DNA from: a virus
Taxonomy: Duplodnaviria; Caudoviricetes
IMG/VR virus record: IMGVR_UViG_3300036792_000158
Coordinates: 1-57,504 of that record
DNA length: 57,504 bases
Direction: 5' to 3' (one strand)
Under the pieces are notes generated by a model, which ran no database searches, was not told the DNA's origin, and saw nothing but the letters and a program-made list of their open reading frames with translations. A program made the translations under genes and the position numbers. Of the stretch, positions 1 through 8,162 are shown piece by piece. Within the stretch, counting starts at the first letter, position 1, and the number at the start of each line of letters is the position of its first letter.

Positions 1-139
1 GGGTTCCAGCCCCCCCGCGCCCGATCAGCCCATCAAGTCCGCGTTGTCGGCGGCGAAACGCTGAAACGCTTTGGTGTGCGTGACCATCTGATCGCGCGCC
101 GCCGCGTCTTTGACGCAATAAAACGCGTACTCTTTCGGC
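1..139. repeat. Terminal direct repeat (assembly overlap of a circular genome), copy 1
   Basis: 1-139 matches 57366-57504 except one base (C13 vs G57378). Confidence 0.95.
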
Positions 140-1014
140 ATCCGGTCGACGTATTGGAGCACGCGGTCGAAATTCGCGTCCGTCGCTTTGCGGGCGAGCC
201 CCGCGGCGATGGCGAACAGCGCGCCCGTGTCCGTCGGCACGTCCGCTTTCTTCGGGTTGAGCAAGATGGCGTCGAGCGACGGCAGCTGCCGGTACACCTG
301 CAGGAAGCCGACAAACTCGGCGGCCGGGCCCTCGCCCACCGTGCCCGAATAAAGCGCGTGCTCGATCGTCACGTCGGGATCGGCGTTGAGAATTTCGCCG
401 ACAAACTCCCACGATCGCGGGCACGGGAACGCTTTCTCGGTGCTGCTGGGCTCGTATCTGTGCAGCAGCTCCGGGCGGAAGCGGAGGAACGCGATCAGCT
501 CCGGTCGCATGTCCGCGTCGATTGCCCATTTCGTCCAGTCGTCAAGATCGGGCTCGACGGGCAGATGGACGAAGCGACTGGCGAGCGCTTCCGACATGCG
601 CGTGACGCCGCGGTGCGTATCGGGGTTGCCGGCAGCGATCACGGCATGCTGATCGCCGAGCCGGTAGTCGCCGACTTGACGATCAAGCGACAGCTGCAGG
701 CACGAATTCTGCACCATCTGCGCCGCTCGATTGATCTCGTCGAGCAAGATAACGGTCGGCGGATCGTCCTCGCGGGGCAGAAAATCGGGCGTCGCCCAAT
801 GGGCGCGGCCGTCGCCGTTGACGTGCGGCAGCCCTTTGATGTCGACCGGGTCGAGCAACACGGCGCGAATGTCGACGAGGCGCATGCCGAGCGTCTCCGT
901 CACCTGCCGGCAGATGCGCGACTTGCCGACGCCGGCCTCGCCGACGAGAAATGCCGGCCGCTTGATCGTGATCAACAGCTTCAACGCTTCTGTAATTTCG
1001 CTTGGCTTCATCAC
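25..1014 (-). CDS. MoxR/CbbQ-like AAA+ ATPase
   Basis: Walker A GEAGVGKS, Walker B ILLDEINRA, AAGN sensor, ALASRF, PRSW; co-transcribed with a VWA gene across the join. Confidence 0.88.
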   Translation of the reverse strand: MMKPSEITEALKLLITIKRPAFLVGEAGVGKSRICRQVTETLGMRLVDIRAVLLDPVDIKGLPHVNGDGRAHWATPDFLPREDDPPTVILLDEINRAAQMVQNSCLQLSLDRQVGDYRLGDQHAVIAAGNPDTHRGVTRMSEALASRFVHLPVEPDLDDWTKWAIDADMRPELIAFLRFRPELLHRYEPSSTEKAFPCPRSWEFVGEILNADPDVTIEHALYSGTVGEGPAAEFVGFLQVYRQLPSLDAILLNPKKADVPTDTGALFAIAAGLARKATDANFDRVLQYVDRMPKEYAFYCVKDAAARDQMVTHTKAFQRFAADNADLMG

Positions 1015-1028
1015 TCTCTCCTGTGTTT

Positions 1029-1047
1029 GCCCGTGTTCCAGACGGGC
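1029..1047 (-). promoter_or_regulatory. CUGGA-loop hairpin upstream of AAA ATPase RBS
   Basis: Minus strand GCCCGT-CTGGAAC-ACGGGC then AAACACAGGAGA. Confidence 0.75.
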
Positions 1048-1050
1048 GGG

Positions 1051-1245
1051 TTAGATCGCGCGGACAGTCAGCCCGAGCGTAATTTCGTCGTCGGAGAACC
1101 CGCCCTCGAAGGAGCGGAAAAACTCGCGGCGGCGCTGTTCATCGGCGATGACTTCCGCCATCGTTCGATGTTCGAGAAATGCCCAGCGGTCGCCGGGCGG
1201 GACGTCGCGGGCAACGCGGTGATCGCGGCGCGTCATAGGACACAC
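1051..1245 (-). CDS. Small hypothetical protein
   Basis: Overlaps the upstream ORF; its stop precedes the conserved hairpin; start may be 1236. Confidence 0.6.
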   Translation of the reverse strand: MCPMTRRDHRVARDVPPGDRWAFLEHRTMAEVIADEQRRREFFRSFEGGFSDDEITLGLTVRAI

Positions 1246-1445
1246 GCGGATTTGCCGTTGCGGATGACGAAGTTCGCGTTGCCGATCGCCGCCGTCACGG
1301 CGTTCACGTGCTCGCGGGCGAGAACGTCAAGACGCTTCTGATTGGCGGCCGCTTCCATGCTGAAGCGCTTCATCCGCTTCATCGGTTCCGAATGCAGCGT
1401 CCGGCCGGCGGCGTCGTACAAGGTGATATTCCAGACGATATTCAT
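1233..1445 (-). CDS. Small hypothetical protein
   Basis: 70 aa with strong RBS AAACAGGAGA. Confidence 0.7.
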   Translation of the reverse strand: MNIVWNITLYDAAGRTLHSEPMKRMKRFSMEAAANQKRLDVLAREHVNAVTAAIGNANFVIRNGKSACVL

Positions 1446-1460
1446 CGTGTTCTCCTGTTT

Positions 1461-1478
1461 GCTCGGGTCCAGCCGAGC
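1461..1478 (-). promoter_or_regulatory. CUGGA-loop hairpin upstream of RBS
   Basis: Minus strand GCTCGG-CTGGAC-CCGAGC-AAACAGGAGA. Confidence 0.75.
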
Positions 1479-1482
1479 GGGG

Positions 1483-1749
1483 TTAGATCAGCGGCGCGAG
1501 GCCACGAACGGGCATCGCGCGAAACTCGGGCGTGAGGGCATTGACGACGCCGTGGGCGCCGTCGATCGCGACGTGGAACGGCACGTCGAAGATCGCCCGC
1601 CGGATCATCTTCTGACTCCCGCTTCCGCGGGCGACGCGCTGGAAGATCACGACTTCGACCCCGCCCTCGGCGTCGTCGACTCGTGCTTCAAACCAGCCGT
1701 TATCACTTACAATTTTGATCATCGTGGCACTCGTCCTGTATTTCGTCAT
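1483..1749 (-). CDS. Small hypothetical protein, first gene of the accessory operon
   Basis: 88 aa ORF downstream of a TTGACA promoter; alternative start 1722 with ACAGGA RBS. Confidence 0.65.
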   Translation of the reverse strand: MTKYRTSATMIKIVSDNGWFEARVDDAEGGVEVVIFQRVARGSGSQKMIRRAIFDVPFHVAIDGAHGVVNALTPEFRAMPVRGLAPLI

Positions 1750-1790
1750 AAGGAACGGCGCGCACGTTGCGTCAGAGGTTCTGCTGTCAA
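1740..1790 (-). promoter_or_regulatory. Leftward promoter with two 17-bp operator-like sites
   Basis: TTGACA at 1790-1785 (minus); ATTTCGTCATAAGGAAC 1740-1756; GTTGCGTCAGAGGTTCT 1766-1782. Confidence 0.65.
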
Positions 1791-1944
1791 GCTGACGGAC
1801 TGATTACCGTTCAGGGCTTCGCTATTGCCGGGCTCGTCGCTGCTGCTGCGGGTTTGAACCGCTGGACGGGTGGACCGGGCTCGCTGGGTCGCTCCGCGAA
1901 TGATCGCGCGGCCGATATGTTCTGACGCAACGTGCGCGTCGTTC
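1753..1944. repeat. 24-bp inverted repeat (1753-1776 / 1921-1944, one mismatch)
   Basis: GAACGGCGCGCACGTTGCGTCAGA vs TCTGACGCAACGTGCGCGTCGTTC. Confidence 0.85.
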
Positions 1945-2209
1945 AAGAGCTATATTGAAGGGCATTTAATGCAGCCCGCCAAGGGCAAACCCACGCGCGC
2001 GAGGGCCATCGCCCTGCATTTGATCTATCCAGAAGGGGGGCGCTCCTGGATTGCCCCCGCCCATCGAGGGGCGAAACGTCGGGCGGGCGCGGGCCGTGGG
2101 CGCTGGTGCGCTCGGGTCGATGGGCTGTTGGGATACGTCCCGACGTGTGTTCTTCAAACGTTCAGGAGGGGCGATTGCCCCGATCTCGGGCGGGGCAACC
2201 GTCGGGTGA

Positions 2210-2281
2210 TCAGCTGCCCCAGAGCGCGTTTGCGACGAGGGCGAGTGCCAGCAGCAGCAGGGTGGCAACAGCGATTTTCAC
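2210..2281 (-). CDS. Possible 23-aa hydrophobic peptide
   Basis: GTGA overlap with terS stop; MKIAVATLLLLALALVANALWGS. Confidence 0.35.
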   Translation of the reverse strand: MKIAVATLLLLALALVANALWGS

Positions 2282-2865
2282 GCGGCCGTGTCCTCGACGA
2301 ATTCGGGCCCCTCGTCGGCCGCCTCGCGGTTCGCGGCCGCGGCTCGGGCCCGCACGCCGCGCCACCAGCGGCGGATCGCCAGCAGGCGCTCGCGCGCGTC
2401 GAGCCCTTCCAGGGCCGCGTTCAGGTCGACGAAAGACCCCTCCACGTCCAGCAGGAACCCCGACAGCGTGCGCGTCCACTCGGCTTCGACGGATGACGCC
2501 AGCACGTATTTGCCGCGCTCCTCGTTCAGCTTGCGCCGCTTTACCTCGGCGTCGACCGAGGCTGACACCGCGCGGGCACGGAGCAGCTGGAAGTTCGCCT
2601 TGTTGGTCGGCGACCAGGCGGTGATGTCATCTTCCCCGTCTGTCATGGGAGCGGCGCCTCGCATGGCCCGCCGGTTCGCCCCTGCGCTCATCATCGGATC
2701 CACGGAACGCGACAGCTGCATGTCCGCAATCCCGGCATCGATCATGCCGTCAGGTCGCAGCGCCGGCGGCGTCAAATGCCGGCGCTTGATCCAGTTCGAC
2801 ACCGCCGATTGGTTCACACCGGCATGCGCCGCATATTCGGTCTTGGTCATTATTTCCGGCGGCAT
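2278..2865 (-). CDS. terS: Terminase small subunit (Nu1-like)
   Basis: N-terminal wHTH (MTKTEYAAHAGVNQSAVSNWIK), coiled coil with RKLNEERGKYV; immediately downstream of a cos-like site. Confidence 0.75.
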   Translation of the reverse strand: MPPEIMTKTEYAAHAGVNQSAVSNWIKRRHLTPPALRPDGMIDAGIADMQLSRSVDPMMSAGANRRAMRGAAPMTDGEDDITAWSPTNKANFQLLRARAVSASVDAEVKRRKLNEERGKYVLASSVEAEWTRTLSGFLLDVEGSFVDLNAALEGLDARERLLAIRRWWRGVRARAAAANREAADEGPEFVEDTAA

Positions 2866-2931
2866 CGCACGAATGTAAGTGGCGAACCCGTTCCTTCACA
2901 AGCCGGCGGCACTCTCACTGTCGAAAAGACC

Positions 2932-2975
2932 CGCGCGTGAAAACGCTCGCATTGGCCCGCGGTGGGAAAGGACCC
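2932..2975 (-). other. Putative cos site (cosQ plus cosN)
   Basis: Minus strand GGGTCCTTTCC-17nt-AGCGTTTTCACG-CGCGGG resembles lambda GGGTCCTTTCC-19nt-12nt end-CGCGGG. Confidence 0.65.
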
Positions 2976-3024
2976 CACGGGCGGGGCGGCATTGCTTGGG
3001 TCTGCCGACGCATCGGGCTGCCGT

Positions 3025-3561
3025 TCATGGGTTGTCCCGCCGAAGCCAAATGTATTGCCCGCGCTGGGTCTCGCCGTCGCGATTGAGCATCTGTTCGGCC
3101 TTGTGACGGCAGCCCTCCTTGTGCCGGCCAGGCGGGACGGTATCGCCGCAGTCCACGCAATAGGCGGCGGCCAGCCATGATGGGCGGGGCTGATCGTGCC
3201 ACGGCGGGTTGCGCACCTGGAACATCTCGCCACGCACGACGCCGTTATTGGAAGTGCGCTTCGGCGGATCAGCGATGTTCGAGGGCGGCAACATGTCTTT
3301 ACCCTGAAGGCGGCGATAAAGCGCGTATAGCTCCGCCAGGCCCTTTTCGGCCAGCATGGCGCCGTTGGGCAGGCGGTCGAGCCGAAGTGCATAGATGATC
3401 GGGTTCAGCACGATGGGCTTGCCCTGCAGGTCCGTCATCGGCTTGCCGAGGCTGTCCTTTGGCGGCTTCCACGATGTCAGGCGATCGGGCAGGCGATCGT
3501 AATAGATCACCGGCGTCTCACCTTCTGGGGTGCGCTCGACCACGAAAAAGATCGGCTCCAT
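3025..3561 (-). CDS. Hypothetical protein with CxxC...H...C motif
   Basis: AGGAGA RBS before ATG 3561; 178 aa. Confidence 0.6.
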   Translation of the reverse strand: MEPIFFVVERTPEGETPVIYYDRLPDRLTSWKPPKDSLGKPMTDLQGKPIVLNPIIYALRLDRLPNGAMLAEKGLAELYALYRRLQGKDMLPPSNIADPPKRTSNNGVVRGEMFQVRNPPWHDQPRPSWLAAAYCVDCGDTVPPGRHKEGCRHKAEQMLNRDGETQRGQYIWLRRDNP

Positions 3562-3827
3562 TTGGCTCTCCTGATGTGGCTCAGCAATTCGCCTACCCGG
3601 CGCGTTGCCGCATGGTCGACGAGAAATTCCCCCGCGAAACTGGCCGGCTGTTCCGAGACGGTGGTGGGGTCGAGCGGAACGCGGCCGCTTCCGCCGCAGC
3701 GGTCGCATGGTTCTTTTGGGGACGAGTTCGCCAGATGAATATCCGTCTGGCGATCAACGAGTCCCGTTCCCATGCACCGGCCGCAGTCCATTGTGGTTTT
3801 CGGCCTGGCGCTGCTGCCGGTAATCAT
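3507..3827 (-). CDS. Zn-finger protein (two CxxCxGxG)
   Basis: CGRCMGTG and CDRCGGSG; ATGA overlap with the upstream gene. Confidence 0.55.
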   Translation of the reverse strand: MITGSSARPKTTMDCGRCMGTGLVDRQTDIHLANSSPKEPCDRCGGSGRVPLDPTTVSEQPASFAGEFLVDHAATRRVGELLSHIRRAKWSRSFSWSSAPQKVRRR

Positions 3828-4099
3828 CGGCCTGCCATTAGGCGCGCCAGCGATGGCGGCTTAATATATCCGTCCTCGAGGACCGGAAGCGCTGCCGGCT
3901 CCTCAGGTGTCAGGAAATTCGGCTTCGGTTTTTCTCGCTCATCGCCTGACCGCAGATTTCGCAAACCCAGCTTCCGGCCGATCTGGGAAATGCGTTGGCG
4001 CGATACGCCGAATTCCTCTGCCATCTGCTGAAGGGTCATCGTACCCCAATTCCTGCGAACGAATTCGTGGTTTACCGGGCTTCCGTTTTGCCGTGCCAT
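3824..4099 (-). CDS. HTH protein (sigma region 4-like), possible late regulator
   Basis: MTLQQMAEEFGVSRQRISQI. Confidence 0.6.
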   Translation of the reverse strand: MARQNGSPVNHEFVRRNWGTMTLQQMAEEFGVSRQRISQIGRKLGLRNLRSGDEREKPKPNFLTPEEPAALPVLEDGYIKPPSLARLMAGR

Positions 4100-4143
4100 C
4101 GCCAGCTGCCTCGCGGATGACGGACTCAGTCCTATGATCAAAC

Positions 4144-4430
4144 GACAGTGACACTCCCTTTTTCCGCTGTCACCGTCGGGCAGCAGACCGCCTACCTCCG
4201 CCGGGCCACTGCCGGTTTCAGTAAGCGTCTACTGCCCCGCGGAATTACCGCGCGTCGGGCAGCGACAGGGTTTTTTCCGAGCGCCGCGGCGTGACCGGCA
4301 AGCCGATCCGTTATTCCGCGTCCGGGCTCGGGCGAGATCGGCGCTCCCCGTCATTCGACCGAGCGCCTGCGGTGTCGTCTCGCTTCCCCGCGTACCGCCT
4401 TTCCCTCCCAGCAGCTCGGGCGGTAAACCC
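4144..4430 (-). ncRNA. Candidate structured non-coding RNA or leader
   Basis: Consecutive long stems whose mismatches become G-U pairs on the minus strand; no convincing ORF. Confidence 0.35.
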
Positions 4431-4563
4431 GCCGACCGCTCTGCCGAGTGCTATCAGAATCGCCGCAGCCAGCCGTAGCCCTGCACCGTCACCCCGATAG
4501 CCAGCGCCCGCCGTTGTCCCGGTTGTAGCCGGTGTCCCGTCAGCGCCGGAGCATGCCGATACG

Positions 4564-4728
4564 TCATGTCACGGTTTTCGGGATGGCCGCGCGCTTGCGG
4601 CCTTCCTTTTTCTCGATCTGGCGAATTTTGCGCACGAACCCCGGATCGTTTCGGCGCAGCCACGCATCGGTTCGCCCGGGCATGGCCTTCGGCCGGTTCT
4701 CGCGAGGATCTGGCTTGATGTTCGCCAT
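4564..4728 (-). CDS. Small basic hypothetical protein (54 aa)
   Basis: Manually read MANIKPDPREN...WLRRNDPGF...; below the ORF-track cutoff. Confidence 0.45.
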   Translation of the reverse strand: MANIKPDPRENRPKAMPGRTDAWLRRNDPGFVRKIRQIEKKEGRKRAAIPKTVT

Positions 4729-4885
4729 ATCGGAATCCCGTTGTCACAACGCCTTCTAATCAATGTGCCACTACCCTCGAACCTGGCGGCCAGCCTTCCG
4801 CTTATTTGTTCGTCCCCTGTGGCGGGGCTCGATTGCGACGGCGGCAGTTAGCCGACGCCGTGGCCTACGGCTCGAACCTCGCCGG

Positions 4886-6094
4886 CTATTCGCCGGCGGC
4901 ACTCGGTTGTTCCTCCTGCTTCCGCTGTTTCGGGACGTCAGGCAGCCACGGCTGCTCGTCGTCGTAATAGGGGCCGTCGTGTGGCCGGATCAGGCATTTC
5001 TTGCTGACCTCGACCCGCACGATTTGGCCTGTGTCGATCAGCGCCTCTTGCGCCAGGTACAGATCGTTGAGGCCGACGCGGTTGATCTGCGGATCGGTCG
5101 AGCGGCGAGCGCGGTTCGGCATCGAGCCCGGTTGCATCACGTCGGCCGGCACCTTGGCGCCGTTCTGCAGCTGGCGGCGCAGCCCGGTCAGCAGCCGATA
5201 GCGGAGATCGGTCATCTCCGACAGCGACAGCGGCCCGCGCTTTTCCCGATGCTCGGGGTCGGCGCGCACGAACACGCCGTCCTGATACTCGAGCCTTTCG
5301 GCGCCGACGCCGCCGCCGTAGTTCGAGCCGAGGCCGCGGAGCACGCGGATGTTCCTCGGCTCGCCAGTCTCCGGGTCGAAGTCGACGGGTCTGCCAAGCG
5401 ACAAGCCGGCGCGAACGGAAGCGAGCCAGGCCGTGTTGCCGGAATAGCTGTTCGGGTTCGAGCGCGAGGGATGCGCGTTGAGGATTATGGCGCCGTCGAT
5501 TTCCAGGGCGAGCCGCTGCAAATCACGTAGGAACCGCGTCGTCTGTGTTCTCATGTTCTCGTTGCCACCGAAAACCGCAGCGGCCGTGTCCAGGCCAATG
5601 ACCTGAATCCCCTCGTCTTTCACGTAGGCAACGAGTTGATGGAATAAATTGGTGTATTTCGGCCGATCGGTGAACCGCTCGAATTCGACCAGCAGCGCCT
5701 CCTTGCCGTCGCGCGAGGCCCACGAAAAATCCGTCTCGAAATCGGCCGGGTCGCGATCGTGATGGACGTTGATGTCCACCTGCCGGCGTTCCAGCTCCTC
5801 CTGCGCATCCTCGCAGAACAAGCCGAAGGTCTTACACCGCACGGTCTGGCGGCCGAGCCAGTTGTCACCGATGGCGAGCGCGGTCAACATCTGCTGCAAC
5901 AGCAGCGATTTCCCGATCTTCGGCGGGCCCGCGAACAGCATTACGGTTCGCCGCAGCAGGACGCCGTCGACCAGCCATTGCCGCGGCGCCGGGGTGCGGC
6001 CCTGCATCTCCGAGGCGTAGAACGGCCGGAACAGCTCGATCGGCTGCTGCTGCTGCCGTGGCAGCCGCACGACGTTGTCGCGGCGCTCGTTCAT
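4886..6094 (-). CDS. RepA-like (AAA_25) replicative helicase
   Basis: PRQWLVDG, Walker A GPPKIGKS, IGLDT, AHP motif. Confidence 0.85.
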   Translation of the reverse strand: MNERRDNVVRLPRQQQQPIELFRPFYASEMQGRTPAPRQWLVDGVLLRRTVMLFAGPPKIGKSLLLQQMLTALAIGDNWLGRQTVRCKTFGLFCEDAQEELERRQVDINVHHDRDPADFETDFSWASRDGKEALLVEFERFTDRPKYTNLFHQLVAYVKDEGIQVIGLDTAAAVFGGNENMRTQTTRFLRDLQRLALEIDGAIILNAHPSRSNPNSYSGNTAWLASVRAGLSLGRPVDFDPETGEPRNIRVLRGLGSNYGGGVGAERLEYQDGVFVRADPEHREKRGPLSLSEMTDLRYRLLTGLRRQLQNGAKVPADVMQPGSMPNRARRSTDPQINRVGLNDLYLAQEALIDTGQIVRVEVSKKCLIRPHDGPYYDDEQPWLPDVPKQRKQEEQPSAAGE

Positions 6095-6513
6095 GGCGAG
6101 CGCACGATGTACGTGATCCAGAAAAACCCATCCGTCATCGGGCCGACGATCCCCGGATTGAAGGGATTCGGATCGTGGATCACACCGAAGGGCGAAGCGA
6201 CGACGGAATGGTTGTGCCCATTTTTCGACGTGCCGCCGAGCAGGAATATCCTGCCTGGGTTCCAGCTGCGCACGGCCTCGAACAGCTGATCCAAGTCCGC
6301 AGCCTGAACCGGCAGCTGGATGCGATCTAGCCCATGAGCGCGCAGGAACTCGTTCTCGCGCGTTTGGAACTCGGCGGAATCATCGTCGATCCCGTCCATG
6401 AAATGCGGCACGTCCTCATAGGCCAGGTCGAGCAACGAGGCGACCGCCGCGCGATGGCAGTCGCCATAGCTCTCGGGCGGGTTGTGGAGGATGCGCTGAT
6501 AGACGGGCGTCAT
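6091..6513 (-). CDS. Hypothetical protein, possible minimal papain-like fold
   Basis: GDCHRAAVASLL ... HSVV ... IHDP gives Cys-His-Asp order. Confidence 0.6.
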   Translation of the reverse strand: MTPVYQRILHNPPESYGDCHRAAVASLLDLAYEDVPHFMDGIDDDSAEFQTRENEFLRAHGLDRIQLPVQAADLDQLFEAVRSWNPGRIFLLGGTSKNGHNHSVVASPFGVIHDPNPFNPGIVGPMTDGFFWITYIVRSP

Positions 6514-6788
6514 CGGGTGCGCGCCTGGCGTAGCATCGCCTGGAAGACCATCGTCACCAGCTCCCGCTGTTCGATCGCGCGGCGGCCGGTGGCCCGATCC
6601 AGCGCCTCGACGCCGGCGCTGACCATATCGCGGTCGGGCTCGCCCAGCACGTCGAACACGACGCTGGTGGCGATCTCGGCGACGACTTCAGGGTGCGTCT
6701 CGCCGGTGATCAGCTTCAGGATCTTCGCTTCCGCCAGCCCCTCGGGCGAGCGCCAGGCGGTCGTGTCGGGATAGGTGACTTCCGTCAT
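6510..6788 (-). CDS. Hypothetical protein
   Basis: ATGA overlaps at both ends. Confidence 0.65.
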   Translation of the reverse strand: MTEVTYPDTTAWRSPEGLAEAKILKLITGETHPEVVAEIATSVVFDVLGEPDRDMVSAGVEALDRATGRRAIEQRELVTMVFQAMLRQARTR

Positions 6789-7021
6789 GCCGACCTCCGT
6801 TCGCGGGTTTCGAGGGCCAGCAGCCAGCTCTGCCGGCGCTCGACCAGATCGTGCAGACAGGCCAGTTCGACTTCACGGCAGAGCGCTTCCGTGAAGTGCG
6901 CGCCGATTTGCTGCGGAGCGAGCAAATACCAAGCGATTTCGTAGGGCGTGCCGTTGCGCTCGGCATAGGAAACATCGATCGCCCGGCCGTCGCGCAGGGT
7001 TATGTGAAGTCGCCGGCTCAT
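6785..7021 (-). CDS. Hypothetical protein
   Basis: ATGA overlaps at both ends. Confidence 0.6.
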   Translation of the reverse strand: MSRRLHITLRDGRAIDVSYAERNGTPYEIAWYLLAPQQIGAHFTEALCREVELACLHDLVERRQSWLLALETRERRSA

Positions 7022-7686
7022 GCTGCCGCGGCCTCGAACTTCCGGGTCTCGTCACCCCAGGCGGTCCAGCCGGGCCGGGTCGAGCGCGCGAACAGTTCCA
7101 GATACGGGCCGGCGCAATAGTCCTCGATCAGCACCCGCGCCTCGTCCGGTTTCCGCGAGTGCTCGCGCACCGGCGCCAGGATCACTTCGCGGACGCCGCG
7201 GCCGATCCGGCGGGGACTGCCGCGGCGCGCCAGCAGGCAAATTTCGGTGTTCTTTCGGGTGGTCAGCCCGAGCCCGACATGGAGATCGCCGTCGAGCAGC
7301 GGCAGGAAGCGGAGTTGGGTCGGCTGGTGGGTCCGTTTCAGCTTGACCCACACGAAGGCGGTCGACGAATAGCGGAAGCCCCAGGCGTCGAGCACGTCGA
7401 ACGCCAGCCGCAGACACGGGCCGGTTGTCCACAGGAACAGGTGGCAATCTGGTGCGGCCAGCTGGCGAACCGGCAGCGCCGCGATCTCCTCCGGGCGCAG
7501 CACGCTGTAGTGGCGCTCGTTGTCGCGCCGGCTCGACGGGTTGAGGCTTTGAGGCGCGGTGTACGATTTGAACCGCCAGGGCGGGTCCGCCAGGATCGCG
7601 GCGTAATGGCCGCGCCGCAGCCCGTCAAACGGCAGCGGCGCCGACGCGAGCGCGGGTGTCGTCACCGTCTCGCGCCGGCTCCTCAT
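7018..7686 (-). CDS. MT-A70 family N6-adenine methyltransferase
   Basis: ILADPPW, LFLWTT, WGFRY, FVWVK, NTEICLL, HSRKP, LELFAR. Confidence 0.92.
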   Translation of the reverse strand: MRSRRETVTTPALASAPLPFDGLRRGHYAAILADPPWRFKSYTAPQSLNPSSRRDNERHYSVLRPEEIAALPVRQLAAPDCHLFLWTTGPCLRLAFDVLDAWGFRYSSTAFVWVKLKRTHQPTQLRFLPLLDGDLHVGLGLTTRKNTEICLLARRGSPRRIGRGVREVILAPVREHSRKPDEARVLIEDYCAGPYLELFARSTRPGWTAWGDETRKFEAAAA

Positions 7687-8162
7687 GCCGCCGCCCCAAG
7701 CTCTTTCGGCCGCTCGTAGGCGACCGCAGCGTGCGCCGCGCAATAGGGGCGGCCGCGCAGCGCGGCTTCGTCGCAATAGTGGAAGTCCCGCTGATCAGGA
7801 TGGCCGTGCGGCCAGGCGCAGCAGCCGGCGAGCGGCACCGGCGGGATGAACGCTGGCGGCGTCGGCGGACGCCGCGGTGACGGTTTGCGGGCCCACTGCA
7901 GACAAAGCCGATAGGCCCGGCCGATCACGGCGTTTTTGCTGACGCCGATCTCCGCGCCGGCGGCAGTGGCCGTCTTCCCGGCCTCGACCAGCTCGCGCAG
8001 CTTGCAGTCGTTCCGTTCCCAGAACTCGGATGCGATGAGTCCGCCTCGCAAACCGCGGCGCCGTCTTGGGACGTGATCAGCCGGCAGATAGCGGCCGCGA
8101 TAAAGCACAATATCGAGCCGTTCGTCCGCTGGCGGATTGTTGTGGCCGATGCCGACGGTCAT
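7683..8162 (-). CDS. gcrA: GcrA-family cell-cycle regulator homologue
   Basis: EIGVSKNAVIGRAYRL and CAWPHGHP..FHYC..GRPYCAAH..AY. Confidence 0.88.
   Translation of the reverse strand: MTVGIGHNNPPADERLDIVLYRGRYLPADHVPRRRRGLRGGLIASEFWERNDCKLRELVEAGKTATAAGAEIGVSKNAVIGRAYRLCLQWARKPSPRRPPTPPAFIPPVPLAGCCAWPHGHPDQRDFHYCDEAALRGRPYCAAHAAVAYERPKELGAAA

Noticed and set aside
1-139. Terminal repeat as a biological DTR
   Set aside because: It cuts through a gene end, its length fits an assembler overlap, and the gpA terminase plus cos-like site imply cohesive ends. The C13 mismatch breaks the hairpin and is probably a contig-end error.
1777-1920. Retron msr-msd between the inverted repeats
   Set aside because: No reverse transcriptase is encoded in the genome.
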